Part shown: positions 15,258-23,775 of the stretch, in pieces
Layout of the letters: every line of letters starts with the position of its first letter
Numbering within the stretch: the first letter of the stretch is position 1
IMG/VR virus record: IMGVR_UViG_3300005286_000050
Span: 1 to 28,701 of that record
Source of the DNA: a virus
Lineage: Duplodnaviria; Caudoviricetes
DNA length: 28,701 bases
Strand: one strand, 5' to 3'
Translations under genes and position numbers: made by a program
The notes under the pieces: model-generated
Database searches by the model: none
Told to the model about the DNA's origin: nothing
What the model saw: only the letters and a program-made list of their open reading frames with translations

Positions 15258-15604
15258 TGCCCTCCCCGCTCGAATCCCTGACCGATGCCGTGCTGGATCC
15301 CGGCACGGTCGAGCATTTGGGCGACACCTTCACCTATACGCCGGCGGGCGGCGCCGCCGTCACCGGCGTGTTGGGATTTGTCGATTATGGCGAGGATATC
15401 GCCAATCCGATGGCGCCTGGCGCGGGCACGGTCTCGCAGACGATCGTCATCGAGCTTCTGGCCTCGCTGTTCCCGACGCGACCCAACGATTCCTGCCGCG
15501 TCACCGGTCTCCATCGCTACCCCGGCGCCATCTACAAGCCGATCGGCCCGGTTGCGTCGGATAGGGGCTTCTGGCGCTTCTCGCTTCAGAAAGTGCCCGC
15601 CTGA
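15257..15604 (+). CDS. Head-tail joining protein (gpFII-like)
   Basis: 115 aa, beta-rich (HLGDTFTYTPAGG...GFWRFSL), TGATG overlaps at both ends, expected position. Confidence 0.7.
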   Translation: MPSPLESLTDAVLDPGTVEHLGDTFTYTPAGGAAVTGVLGFVDYGEDIANPMAPGAGTVSQTIVIELLASLFPTRPNDSCRVTGLHRYPGAIYKPIGPVASDRGFWRFSLQKVPA

Positions 15605-16080
15605 TGGCTGCTACCGACACCGCATGGACGAAAGTCGCGGCGGCAATCAAAAACGAGCTCAAGGCCGCGCGCCCAGCGGTCAACTGGTTTACCTCCGCCG
15701 ACCGGAGCGACATGGACGCCCTTGGCGAGGCTGACCTTCCCGCTGTCATCATTGGCGTGGGCAAGGTGGATTTTGCGTTCTCCGAGATGTCGGCCCAGAT
15801 GCGCCACTCGGCCGAGATACTGTTTTCTGTGCAGAGTGGCATCGAAAGCGGCATGCACATCGATTCGTCCAATCAGGACATCATCGCATTCATCGTCGAG
15901 ACGCTTGCCGCGAGCAACCTGCTCAGCGGCATGGTCGAGGATCTTGACCCGGTCAGCGCCGACGCTTCCGAGCAGGCCGCGCCCAACGTCGGCGAGGCGC
16001 TGCTGATCTACGCCTGCACCCTCTACACCCCGACCAACGATTTCCGCACGATCATCGGATTGAGCGGCGAGACCTTCTGA
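15604..16080 (+). CDS. Tail terminator-like protein (gpU position)
   Basis: Acidic 158 aa protein with an EADLPAVII motif, upstream of the tail tube gene. Confidence 0.6.
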   Translation: MAATDTAWTKVAAAIKNELKAARPAVNWFTSADRSDMDALGEADLPAVIIGVGKVDFAFSEMSAQMRHSAEILFSVQSGIESGMHIDSSNQDIIAFIVETLAASNLLSGMVEDLDPVSADASEQAAPNVGEALLIYACTLYTPTNDFRTIIGLSGETF

Positions 16081-16100
16081 CCCAACCGAAAGGACTGAAT

Positions 16101-16307
16101 ATGGCCCGCAAGCCTACTGTGTTGGCGGCAGCGCCAACGCTGCCCGCTGCCACCGTCAATTTCAACGCGATGCACGCAGCGATCGCCCGTGGCGCAAGCG
16201 CCGATGACGCCGTCAAGGCCGGTGTCGAAGCGACCGGCGCACCCAAACCCGAACCCGAAACGCCGAACGCCCCAGCCGCCAAGAGCGCCGACGGCGCCGA
16301 CGCCTGA
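16101..16307 (+). CDS. Small Ala/Pro-rich hypothetical protein
   Basis: GAAAGGA RBS; fills the gap before the tail tube gene. Confidence 0.65.
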   Translation: MARKPTVLAAAPTLPAATVNFNAMHAAIARGASADDAVKAGVEATGAPKPEPETPNAPAAKSADGADA

Positions 16308-16324
16308 TCCAAGGAGACTGATCT

Positions 16325-17515
16325 ATGGCTTTCCAGACCCGCAAGGCGCGCAACACTGCCGTCGCGCTCATCACGCAGGCCGCTCGCGGCACTTTCCTCG
16401 ATCCCGCGGCCAACAAGATGGCCGTGTCGAACCTCACGCTCGACATCAGCTCGGTAACTGTCAGCAACCCTGAATATACCGGCTCGGTCGACGTGAACGG
16501 GGACGAGGTCGTCGGCAAGCAGTGCACGCTCAGCTATGACGTGAACCTGCGCGCGCCCGGCGGCACTGCTCCGCCCTCCGCCGGCGCATATCTCCCCGGC
16601 ATCCTCTTCGTGAACGCGAAGATGACCGAGGTCATCACGGCGTCCGCGATCCCCGCCGCGCCCGAGGCGCTTACCGCGGGCAGCACGACGGGCTTCACCG
16701 GCGGCGACGGACTGACCGCGACGGCCGACCTCTACAAGGGCATGATCGTCCAGCTTCCCGGCGCCGGCGCAGGGCTCGCCGGGCTGAGCGCGATTCGCAC
16801 CAACTCGGCGGCCAAGGTCGTTACGCTCTGCGAGACCCTCGCCAGCGCGGCGTCGGGCAACTACCAGATCCCGAAGCAGCTCGCCTATGTGAACAGCGTC
16901 GGCGGCACGGATCCGTTGCCCATCTCGCACAAGGTCTGGGCCGGCGGGAAGCGGTACGATCTCGTCGATTGCCAGGTCACGTCGCTCTCTGTCTCCGTGC
17001 AGACCTCGACCAGCCGTCAGGGGAGCATCCCTGTCATCCGGGTCACGATGTCGGCCGTCATCTACGGCACCGCCGACGAGGCTACGCCGACAGCCCCCGC
17101 GCTCGGCCCCACGCCGAAATACCGGAACGGCAAGCAATTCCTTGCCCTCAAGGCGGTCGGCGGCTCGGGCTTCGAGCTCAATCTGGGCATCCAGACCGAC
17201 GCGGCTCCGAATCCGAACTTCGAGAGCGGCGACGAGGGCGACGAGATCACGCAGAAGCAGATCACGCTCACGCCGAATATCCTCGGATACCGGAAGGCCG
17301 ATTTCGACGCGATGGCAATGGCAGACGCGCAGGCGTACCATCCGTTCTTCGCGCTCTGGGGCAACGGCACCGACCAGAATGTCGCGGTCATCGTGCCCGA
17401 TGCGCGCTTCACCCACGCCGGCGACGACCTGGGCGGAACGCACATCACCCAATCGCCGCAGCTTCTGGTCGACGTGATGCAGAAGAACGCGGCGATCGTC
17501 TTCCCTTACCTCTAA
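16325..17515 (+). CDS. Major tail (tube) protein
   Basis: AAGGAG RBS; 396 aa, beta-rich; directly upstream of the frameshifting chaperone gene. Confidence 0.75.
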   Translation: MAFQTRKARNTAVALITQAARGTFLDPAANKMAVSNLTLDISSVTVSNPEYTGSVDVNGDEVVGKQCTLSYDVNLRAPGGTAPPSAGAYLPGILFVNAKMTEVITASAIPAAPEALTAGSTTGFTGGDGLTATADLYKGMIVQLPGAGAGLAGLSAIRTNSAAKVVTLCETLASAASGNYQIPKQLAYVNSVGGTDPLPISHKVWAGGKRYDLVDCQVTSLSVSVQTSTSRQGSIPVIRVTMSAVIYGTADEATPTAPALGPTPKYRNGKQFLALKAVGGSGFELNLGIQTDAAPNPNFESGDEGDEITQKQITLTPNILGYRKADFDAMAMADAQAYHPFFALWGNGTDQNVAVIVPDARFTHAGDDLGGTHITQSPQLLVDVMQKNAAIVFPYL

Positions 17516-17532
17516 TCTAAGGACTGTCCCCC

Positions 17533-18363
17533 ATGTCCGATTCCCAGCGCGTCCCGGTGGACGCTTCCGAAACCGACACTTTCACCCCCGATATTCTCAA
17601 AGACCTGCCGAATGCGCCGACGTTCACGCTCAAGGCGACGACGTGGCGCCAGCGCGAGGCGATGGAATACGCGATCGAGGCCGCGGGCCTGCGCCGCTAT
17701 CACGACGAAGAGGTCCGAGAGATCACTGTCGAAGAGCTTTGCCGCCTTTGGCAGTGCGACGAGCAGTCCGAGATGATCCGGCGCGTCAAAGCCTATTGGG
17801 AGGCGATCGACGACGCGGTCGAAGAAGCGTCGAACCATGCGCTCGAAACCGAAGCGGCGAAGGAGGCTGGCGAAGAGCCGCCAGAGCCACTGCCCCCGTT
17901 TGAGCATCCCGACGCGGAAGAGATGGGCGACCTGATGCGGCGCCTCACCGAGGCGTCCGAACGCATCCGCAAGATGGGCGTCGCCAACCTTCGCTATCGC
18001 CGCGAGATCCCGCGCTACAACATTGCGCATGCCTTGCTCGGCTGGACCGGCCTCAAGACGGTTCCGAGTTTCGAGGCAGGCGTCATCTCGATCGATAGCG
18101 TGATGGATCTCCGCAAGGAACTGATGGAGACATTCGGGGCGGAGGTCGGCGCGGTGGCGTTCGACCAGGTCGCGATCCGATCGCTCAAGCGCATTTATCT
18201 GCTGCCGGACACGGAAAAAAACTCCGAATCGCCTGCGCCATCAGCGTCGACCCCGGCGCCTACGAAGGAGAATGGGCAGGCGTCAACCAATGGGAAATCC
18301 CCGGAATCGGAACCTTCCGGCGAAACCCCCGAAAGCTCGTCGCCCCCCGAAACTTCAAACTGA
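17533..18363 (+). CDS. Tail assembly chaperone (gpG-like)
   Basis: Acidic protein between tail tube and tape measure; EKN slippery site followed by a low-complexity S/P/E tail. Confidence 0.8.
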   Translation: MSDSQRVPVDASETDTFTPDILKDLPNAPTFTLKATTWRQREAMEYAIEAAGLRRYHDEEVREITVEELCRLWQCDEQSEMIRRVKAYWEAIDDAVEEASNHALETEAAKEAGEEPPEPLPPFEHPDAEEMGDLMRRLTEASERIRKMGVANLRYRREIPRYNIAHALLGWTGLKTVPSFEAGVISIDSVMDLRKELMETFGAEVGAVAFDQVAIRSLKRIYLLPDTEKNSESPAPSASTPAPTKENGQASTNGKSPESEPSGETPESSSPPETSN

Positions 18364-18512
18364 TCCGCGTCTATCATCTCTGCGATCGCGGCATGCAGGG
18401 TCATGTCTGGCCAGATGGCCGCGGGCTTCTCGACCAGCCCAACCTCCTGGTCGAGGCATGGTCGGTCATCGGTGACGCAATCCACAAGGCCAAGAAGGGA
18501 GAAGCCCAATGA
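18215..18512 (+). CDS. -1 frameshift extension of the tail chaperone (gpT-like; fusion 17533..18512)
   Basis: GAA AAA AAC gives the heptamer A-AAA-AAC at about 18216-18222. The -1 frame reads KLRIACAISVDPGAYEGEW...WPDGRGLLDQPNLLVEAWSVIGDAIHKAKKGEAQ to TGA 18510-18512, which overlaps the next ATG. Confidence 0.85.
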
Positions 18513-19219
18513 TCCGCGCGAAGGTCGTGCCTGACATCACGGCCCTCACACGGATCCAGCGCGCTTTCGACCGGCAGATGGAGCAACGCCTGCTCGACGA
18601 GAGCGACCGCGCCGCGGCGGAGGCCCTGACGGACATGCGCCGCGAGATGGAAGCGGCTGGGCTTGGTCGGCTTGGAAACGGGCTCGGCTACACGTCGGAC
18701 AAGAAGAAGGGCAAAGGCGTCCACCGCAGCGGAAGAAGGGTGTCTGCATCGGGCGTCATCTTCATCCGCTCCGGCTCCGAGCGAACGCGCGGGGCGATCG
18801 AAAGCTACACCGCAGGGGCGGAAATCAGGCCCAAGAAGGGGCGGTATCTGTGGATCGCAACCGACGATATCCCCGCGCGCGTTGGCCGGAAGCGGATCAC
18901 GCCGGAACTTTATAACCGCTCACCGCTGGTCACGCGGATCGGGCCGCTCGTGAGGGTGACGGCCGCCAACGGCACACCGCTGCTCATCGTGCGCAACGTC
19001 GGCGTCAACGCTGCCGGCGCTGCGCGCTCTGCCCGCTCGCTCACCAAGCGCGGACAGCCCCGCAAGGGACAAATCGGCGTCGATTACATCGTCGCATTCT
19101 TTGGCATCGAGAGGACGAAGCGCACTGCTCGCGTCAACCCGAAGGCAATCGCCGCCGCGCGCGCTCAAGAGATGGCGCGCAGGCTTGGAACAGGAAGTCG
19201 ATCGCAGGTTTTTTCATGA
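18509..19219 (+). CDS. DUF6441-like basic protein (putative tail completion/neck protein)
   Basis: MRREMEAAGLGRLGN, GAEIRPKKGRYLWIAT, RITPE and GTPLLIV match my recollection of this alphaproteobacterial phage family; very Arg/Lys-rich. Confidence 0.6.
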   Translation: MIRAKVVPDITALTRIQRAFDRQMEQRLLDESDRAAAEALTDMRREMEAAGLGRLGNGLGYTSDKKKGKGVHRSGRRVSASGVIFIRSGSERTRGAIESYTAGAEIRPKKGRYLWIATDDIPARVGRKRITPELYNRSPLVTRIGPLVRVTAANGTPLLIVRNVGVNAAGAARSARSLTKRGQPRKGQIGVDYIVAFFGIERTKRTARVNPKAIAAARAQEMARRLGTGSRSQVFS

Positions 19220-22200
19220 CCGACAGCAGCATCTTCCCCGTCTTCATCAGGCCCGAGCTCGACGATAGCTCGCCCGCGTTCGCGGAGTTCACGCGCCGCG
19301 CGTCGACGGCCTCGAAGTCGGCGGCGGCTAGTTTCAAGGCGGATTTCCGCGAGATCACGAGCGTCATCAGTAACGCGCTGTCGAAGGGCGTCCAAGGCGG
19401 GCGCTTGAACCTTGACGTCTCGTCGCTGAAGCAGGCGCAGGCGGAGGCCCGGCTGTTCGGGGACGCACTCACCGCTACGCTTCGTTCGGCGCAGTTGCTC
19501 GCCAAGGAGACCGGCGACACGAGTGCGGGAACGCGCCAGTATATTATCGCGCTCGAAACCGCATCGCGCGCGCAGGACGAGAACCGCCGCGCCATCGATG
19601 CGGAGATCGCGACCTATTCGCGGCTGCAAGCGGCAATCGACGCAACGTCGGATGCAAACAGCCGCCTTGCGCAATCATACCGAGCCACCTTCGCCGAAGA
19701 AGCGCGCCTGGCAAAGCTCGAGGTAGCCAACAGCCGCTTTGGAGCCTCGATCGCGCCGGCGATGAAGTCGCGCGCGGTGGACAACGGTGCGACCTTCAGC
19801 GCACTCGCTGAACTTGCGCGTCAGCAGGGCGAAGCCGCGAAGAAGGCGGGAGAGATGGCGGCCGCGGAACAGCGGCTGGCCCGTGAACTTGAAGAACTGC
19901 GCCGGGCTGAATTGGGCGCGGCCGAGGGCGCACGGATCATCGAAGGCGTCTATCAGAATACCGCGCGTGCCATCGATCATGTCACGAAGAGCGCCGCGGA
20001 GTCGGCCGCCGTATTCGAGCGCGTGCTCGAAGCCAGTTCGGAAGTGGCGAACCGGCGCTTTACGGCCTTCATTTCGCCGGCGGCTTCCACGAGCGCCTTG
20101 TCGAGCGGCGCGGGATATCGTGAGCTTGAGAAGGCAGCGCGCGCGGCCGACGAATATGAGCGCCAACTTGCGGAACTGCGCCAGCAGGTTGACCCGCTCG
20201 CCTTCGAGCAGGCGCGCGTCAACAAGGAGCTCGAGTTCGCAGCCGTCGCATTTCAGCGCGGCGATATCTCGGCGGATCAGTTTGCGGCGCGCACTCAGCA
20301 ACTCAACACGTCGCTCTCGCGCATGCGCGGTGGCTTCCGTGACACACGTCAGGGCATGGTCCAGGTCGGCCAGCAGATGCAGGACGTGGCCATCAGCTTC
20401 ATCTCTGGCCAGCGCGCCGGCACGGTGCTCGCGCAGCAGCTTCCTCAGCTTGCTTTCGCGGCGAGCAGTTTCGGCGGCAAGATCGGTCAGGTGGCAACCA
20501 CCCTGTCCGGCCCTTGGGGCCTTGCGCTGGTTGGCGCGTCTTTCGCGCTCGGCGCGTTCATCGACAAGTTGCTCGACGCCGACGATGCGAGCGACAAGGC
20601 GCGCAAGTCGACCTTGGATTTCACCAATGTGCTCGATTACCGGCGCATGGCGATCATAGATTTCAAGGATGCCGTCGATCAGCTCACGCAATCGACGCGC
20701 GGCTTGATCGACGTCCAGGCGATCGCCGCTGACCAGCTTGCCGCGAATGCGCAGGCAGCGATTGCAGAAAATGAGCGGAAGCTCGCCGCGGTCGAAAAGG
20801 AAATCGCGCGCATCAAGAGCTTTGGCGACACCCGGCTTAACGAGGTCGCCCTGCCCGGCCTTCAAAAGCAGCGTGATGAACTGCTCGGCACCCGGGACCA
20901 ACTCGAAACGTCCGCGGCCAATGCCCGCCTCGCACTGCTACGCCGCGAGGTCGACGAGTCGGTGGATGCCGCCAAGGGCGTGCAGGCGCAGCTTGAGCGC
21001 AAGATTGCAGAGCTCACGCTTCAGCGTTCCGAAAGTGCGAAGGCTGAAACGAACGACCCGATCCTTGCGGCGCAGCGGCGTCTAAAGCTCGGAGACCGGT
21101 ACATCACCGAGGGCGAATTTCAGCGGCAGTACCGAGAGCTTGAGCGTCAGCGTCAGACCGAGCGCAGCGCTGAGAAAAACTCGAGCCGGGATGCCTCGCT
21201 GGGCGACATGATCGCGCTCATCAAACAGCTTTTCCCCGGCGCAAGGATCACGTCCACCACGGGCGGCGATCATAAGAAAAATTCCGACCACTACGCGGGC
21301 CGCGCCATCGACTTTGTTCCTCGCGGGGGCATGAAGCAGTACACGTCGGCCGAGGTCGAGAGCATCCTCGAAGAAGCGGGCGTCGATATCCGCCGTAACA
21401 AGAGCGGCGTGAAGCAATTCTTCGGTCCGGGCCGGTCGGCTGAGAAGCCGGGCGATCACGACGACCATTTCCATTTCGCCTTCGAGGGCAAGGCTCCGGA
21501 TCCCGAGCGCGTCTTGCAGGCGCAGGAGCGCGCCGCCGAGAAACTGCGAAACCAGATTGAGCGCACCGTCGAAAGCGTGGCGCGTCTCCGCGGCAACTTC
21601 GACGAAGCCCCGCGCGATATCGATCGCGCCGCGGCTGCCGTCATGGACCTCGACCAGGCGATTGCCGACATCGACCGCAAGCTGAAGGCAGGCGGTCTCA
21701 CCGATGCGCAGCGGGAAGTCCTGAAAGCGACCCGACAGAGTGCCGTCGAGACGCGCGACGAGGTTATCCCCGATTTCCTTCGGCGTCCCTTCACGCGCGA
21801 GATCTCGGATCAGCGCGAGCTCATCGACGGGCAAAACATGCTGTTGCAGGGGCGTCGCGGCGAATATGAAGTCCTGCAAGACACGCTCGACCTTGCGCGG
21901 CTGCTCGGCGCTGAGAGCCTTGAAGAGCTTGGCACGCAGATCCAAAAGCGCGGCATCACCGCAGACCAGCTTGAGATCTACTACCAGCAGACGGACGAAC
22001 TGCGCCGCCAGTCGGTCGAGCTCCAATTGCAGCAGGAACGCCAACAGAAGCTGCTCAGCGTCGTTGACCAGGTGTCCGACTCCCTGAAGAACGGCATCTA
22101 TGATTTCCTCAGTGGTCGGGGCCTTTCGTCGGCCAAGACGCTCCTGAAAGACCTCTTCGAGACGCAAAAGCGTGCACTGACCGAGGATATCTTCACGGCC

Positions 22201-23775
22201 GTCTTTGGCGACGCCTTCCAGCGGCAGAAACTCAAGATCCTCGGCCTCGACCAGGTCGACGAGACCGGCAAGGCAATGGCGAAAGCGATGGCCCAGACCA
22301 TCTCGCCCATCGATGCGCTTGGCAAGGCGGCTGGAAGGGCCGCAGATGTGCTCGATCGGATAGCGGCAAATGACAATGGCGGCATCGGCGGGCAGCAGGC
22401 GGTCGAGAGCCAGGTGGAGGCGGCTGTTGCTGGCAGCGAGATTGTCGTCACCGCGCAGAAGTCGGTGCAGCGCGAGCTCAATGACGCGCTGAAGACCCTT
22501 GGCGACAAGATCCTCGGAGAAAAGTTCACCGGCCAGCTCGGCAAAGTGATGTCGACGGTTCTCAAGGGCGCTGCGTTTGGCGAAGCGTCGTCCGGCATCT
22601 TGCGCAGTCTCGGCATCAAGCAGAGCAAGACGGGGGCGCAGATTGGCGGCGCCATTGGCAACGCCGCCTTTGGACCCATCGGAGGGTTCGTAGGCGGCGC
22701 GATCGGCGGCACGATCGGCGGCTTCTTCAAAAAGACCCCCAAGGGGTCTGCCACGATCACCGGGTTCGACAATGATGTCGGCTATTCGGGATCGAAGAAG
22801 CTACGCGAGGGCGTCACCGCGCTCGGTAACAGCGTTCAGGGCACGCTCAACAATATCGTCGACGCGCTCGGCGGGGACTTCGGCAATTTCGCGGTGTCGA
22901 TCGGGCAGCGGAAGAAGAAATTCACCGTCGACCCGACTGGCCGCGGACGTACCAAAGGCGCAGGCGTCCTGAAATTCGCCTCGGAAGAAGAGGCGACGAT
23001 GGCCGCTATCCGCGACGCCATTCTCGACGGCGCGGTCAAAGGCATCCGCGAGGGGGCGCAGCGCCTTCTCCGTGCGGGCAAGGATCTCGACAAGCAGCTT
23101 CAGAAGGCCGTCGATTTCCAAGGCGTGTTCCAGCGCCTCAAAGAGCATGACGATCCGGTGGGCGCTGCGCTCGATACGCTCGACCGCGAGTTCGAGCGGC
23201 TGAAGGACATATTCAAGGAAGCAGGCGCCAGCGCCGCCGAATATGCGGACCTCGAACGCCTCTATGGCATCGAGCGCGCGCAGGCGATCAAGGAAGCCTC
23301 GGAGCGGATCACCGCGAGCCTGAAATCGCTCTATGACGAGCTGACCGTTGGCGACAATGGCCGCTCGCTTCGCGATCGCCTCTCCGCGGCCCAAGCGGCG
23401 TATGACCCGCTCAAGGCCCGCGTGCTCGCCGGCGACAAGAGCGCCTATGATGACTTTGCCAGCGCGGCGCAGTCGTTGCTCGAAATCCAGCGCCAGTTCT
23501 CCGGCTCGCAGACGCCCTATTTCGACCTGCTCGACGAAATCACGCGCATTACGAAGGAACGCATCGACGCAGAATCGAACATCGCGTCGATTGCTGAAAA
23601 CCGCGATACGCCCTTCGGCCCTTCAGGGAAGGCGACAAACGCGGCCAACGACAACGCGGCCGTCGTCGGAGCGATCGGCGAGACGAACGACATTCTGCGC
23701 AACATCGGGCGCATGCTTGCTACGGGCACTGGCGGTCAAGGCGGCCGTCTGTTCGCGACTGAGCCCTTCCTATGA
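19216..23775 (+). CDS. Tape measure protein with an internal M15-type peptidase domain
   Basis: 1519 aa, Ala-rich and helical; lambda-type TMP segment QVGQQMQDVAISFISGQRAGTVLAQQLPQL; Gly-rich hydrophobic patch GPIGGFVGGAIGG; internal SDHYAGRAIDF...HDDHFH. Confidence 0.95.
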   Translation: MTDSSIFPVFIRPELDDSSPAFAEFTRRASTASKSAAASFKADFREITSVISNALSKGVQGGRLNLDVSSLKQAQAEARLFGDALTATLRSAQLLAKETGDTSAGTRQYIIALETASRAQDENRRAIDAEIATYSRLQAAIDATSDANSRLAQSYRATFAEEARLAKLEVANSRFGASIAPAMKSRAVDNGATFSALAELARQQGEAAKKAGEMAAAEQRLARELEELRRAELGAAEGARIIEGVYQNTARAIDHVTKSAAESAAVFERVLEASSEVANRRFTAFISPAASTSALSSGAGYRELEKAARAADEYERQLAELRQQVDPLAFEQARVNKELEFAAVAFQRGDISADQFAARTQQLNTSLSRMRGGFRDTRQGMVQVGQQMQDVAISFISGQRAGTVLAQQLPQLAFAASSFGGKIGQVATTLSGPWGLALVGASFALGAFIDKLLDADDASDKARKSTLDFTNVLDYRRMAIIDFKDAVDQLTQSTRGLIDVQAIAADQLAANAQAAIAENERKLAAVEKEIARIKSFGDTRLNEVALPGLQKQRDELLGTRDQLETSAANARLALLRREVDESVDAAKGVQAQLERKIAELTLQRSESAKAETNDPILAAQRRLKLGDRYITEGEFQRQYRELERQRQTERSAEKNSSRDASLGDMIALIKQLFPGARITSTTGGDHKKNSDHYAGRAIDFVPRGGMKQYTSAEVESILEEAGVDIRRNKSGVKQFFGPGRSAEKPGDHDDHFHFAFEGKAPDPERVLQAQERAAEKLRNQIERTVESVARLRGNFDEAPRDIDRAAAAVMDLDQAIADIDRKLKAGGLTDAQREVLKATRQSAVETRDEVIPDFLRRPFTREISDQRELIDGQNMLLQGRRGEYEVLQDTLDLARLLGAESLEELGTQIQKRGITADQLEIYYQQTDELRRQSVELQLQQERQQKLLSVVDQVSDSLKNGIYDFLSGRGLSSAKTLLKDLFETQKRALTEDIFTAVFGDAFQRQKLKILGLDQVDETGKAMAKAMAQTISPIDALGKAAGRAADVLDRIAANDNGGIGGQQAVESQVEAAVAGSEIVVTAQKSVQRELNDALKTLGDKILGEKFTGQLGKVMSTVLKGAAFGEASSGILRSLGIKQSKTGAQIGGAIGNAAFGPIGGFVGGAIGGTIGGFFKKTPKGSATITGFDNDVGYSGSKKLREGVTALGNSVQGTLNNIVDALGGDFGNFAVSIGQRKKKFTVDPTGRGRTKGAGVLKFASEEEATMAAIRDAILDGAVKGIREGAQRLLRAGKDLDKQLQKAVDFQGVFQRLKEHDDPVGAALDTLDREFERLKDIFKEAGASAAEYADLERLYGIERAQAIKEASERITASLKSLYDELTVGDNGRSLRDRLSAAQAAYDPLKARVLAGDKSAYDDFASAAQSLLEIQRQFSGSQTPYFDLLDEITRITKERIDAESNIASIAENRDTPFGPSGKATNAANDNAAVVGAIGETNDILRNIGRMLATGTGGQGGRLFATEPFL

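Noticed and set aside
13749-23394. Other long antisense ORFs (13749-14993, 16052-17452, 19675-20901, 21082-22167 and others)
   Set aside because: Codon-symmetry shadows of the capsid, tube and tape measure genes.
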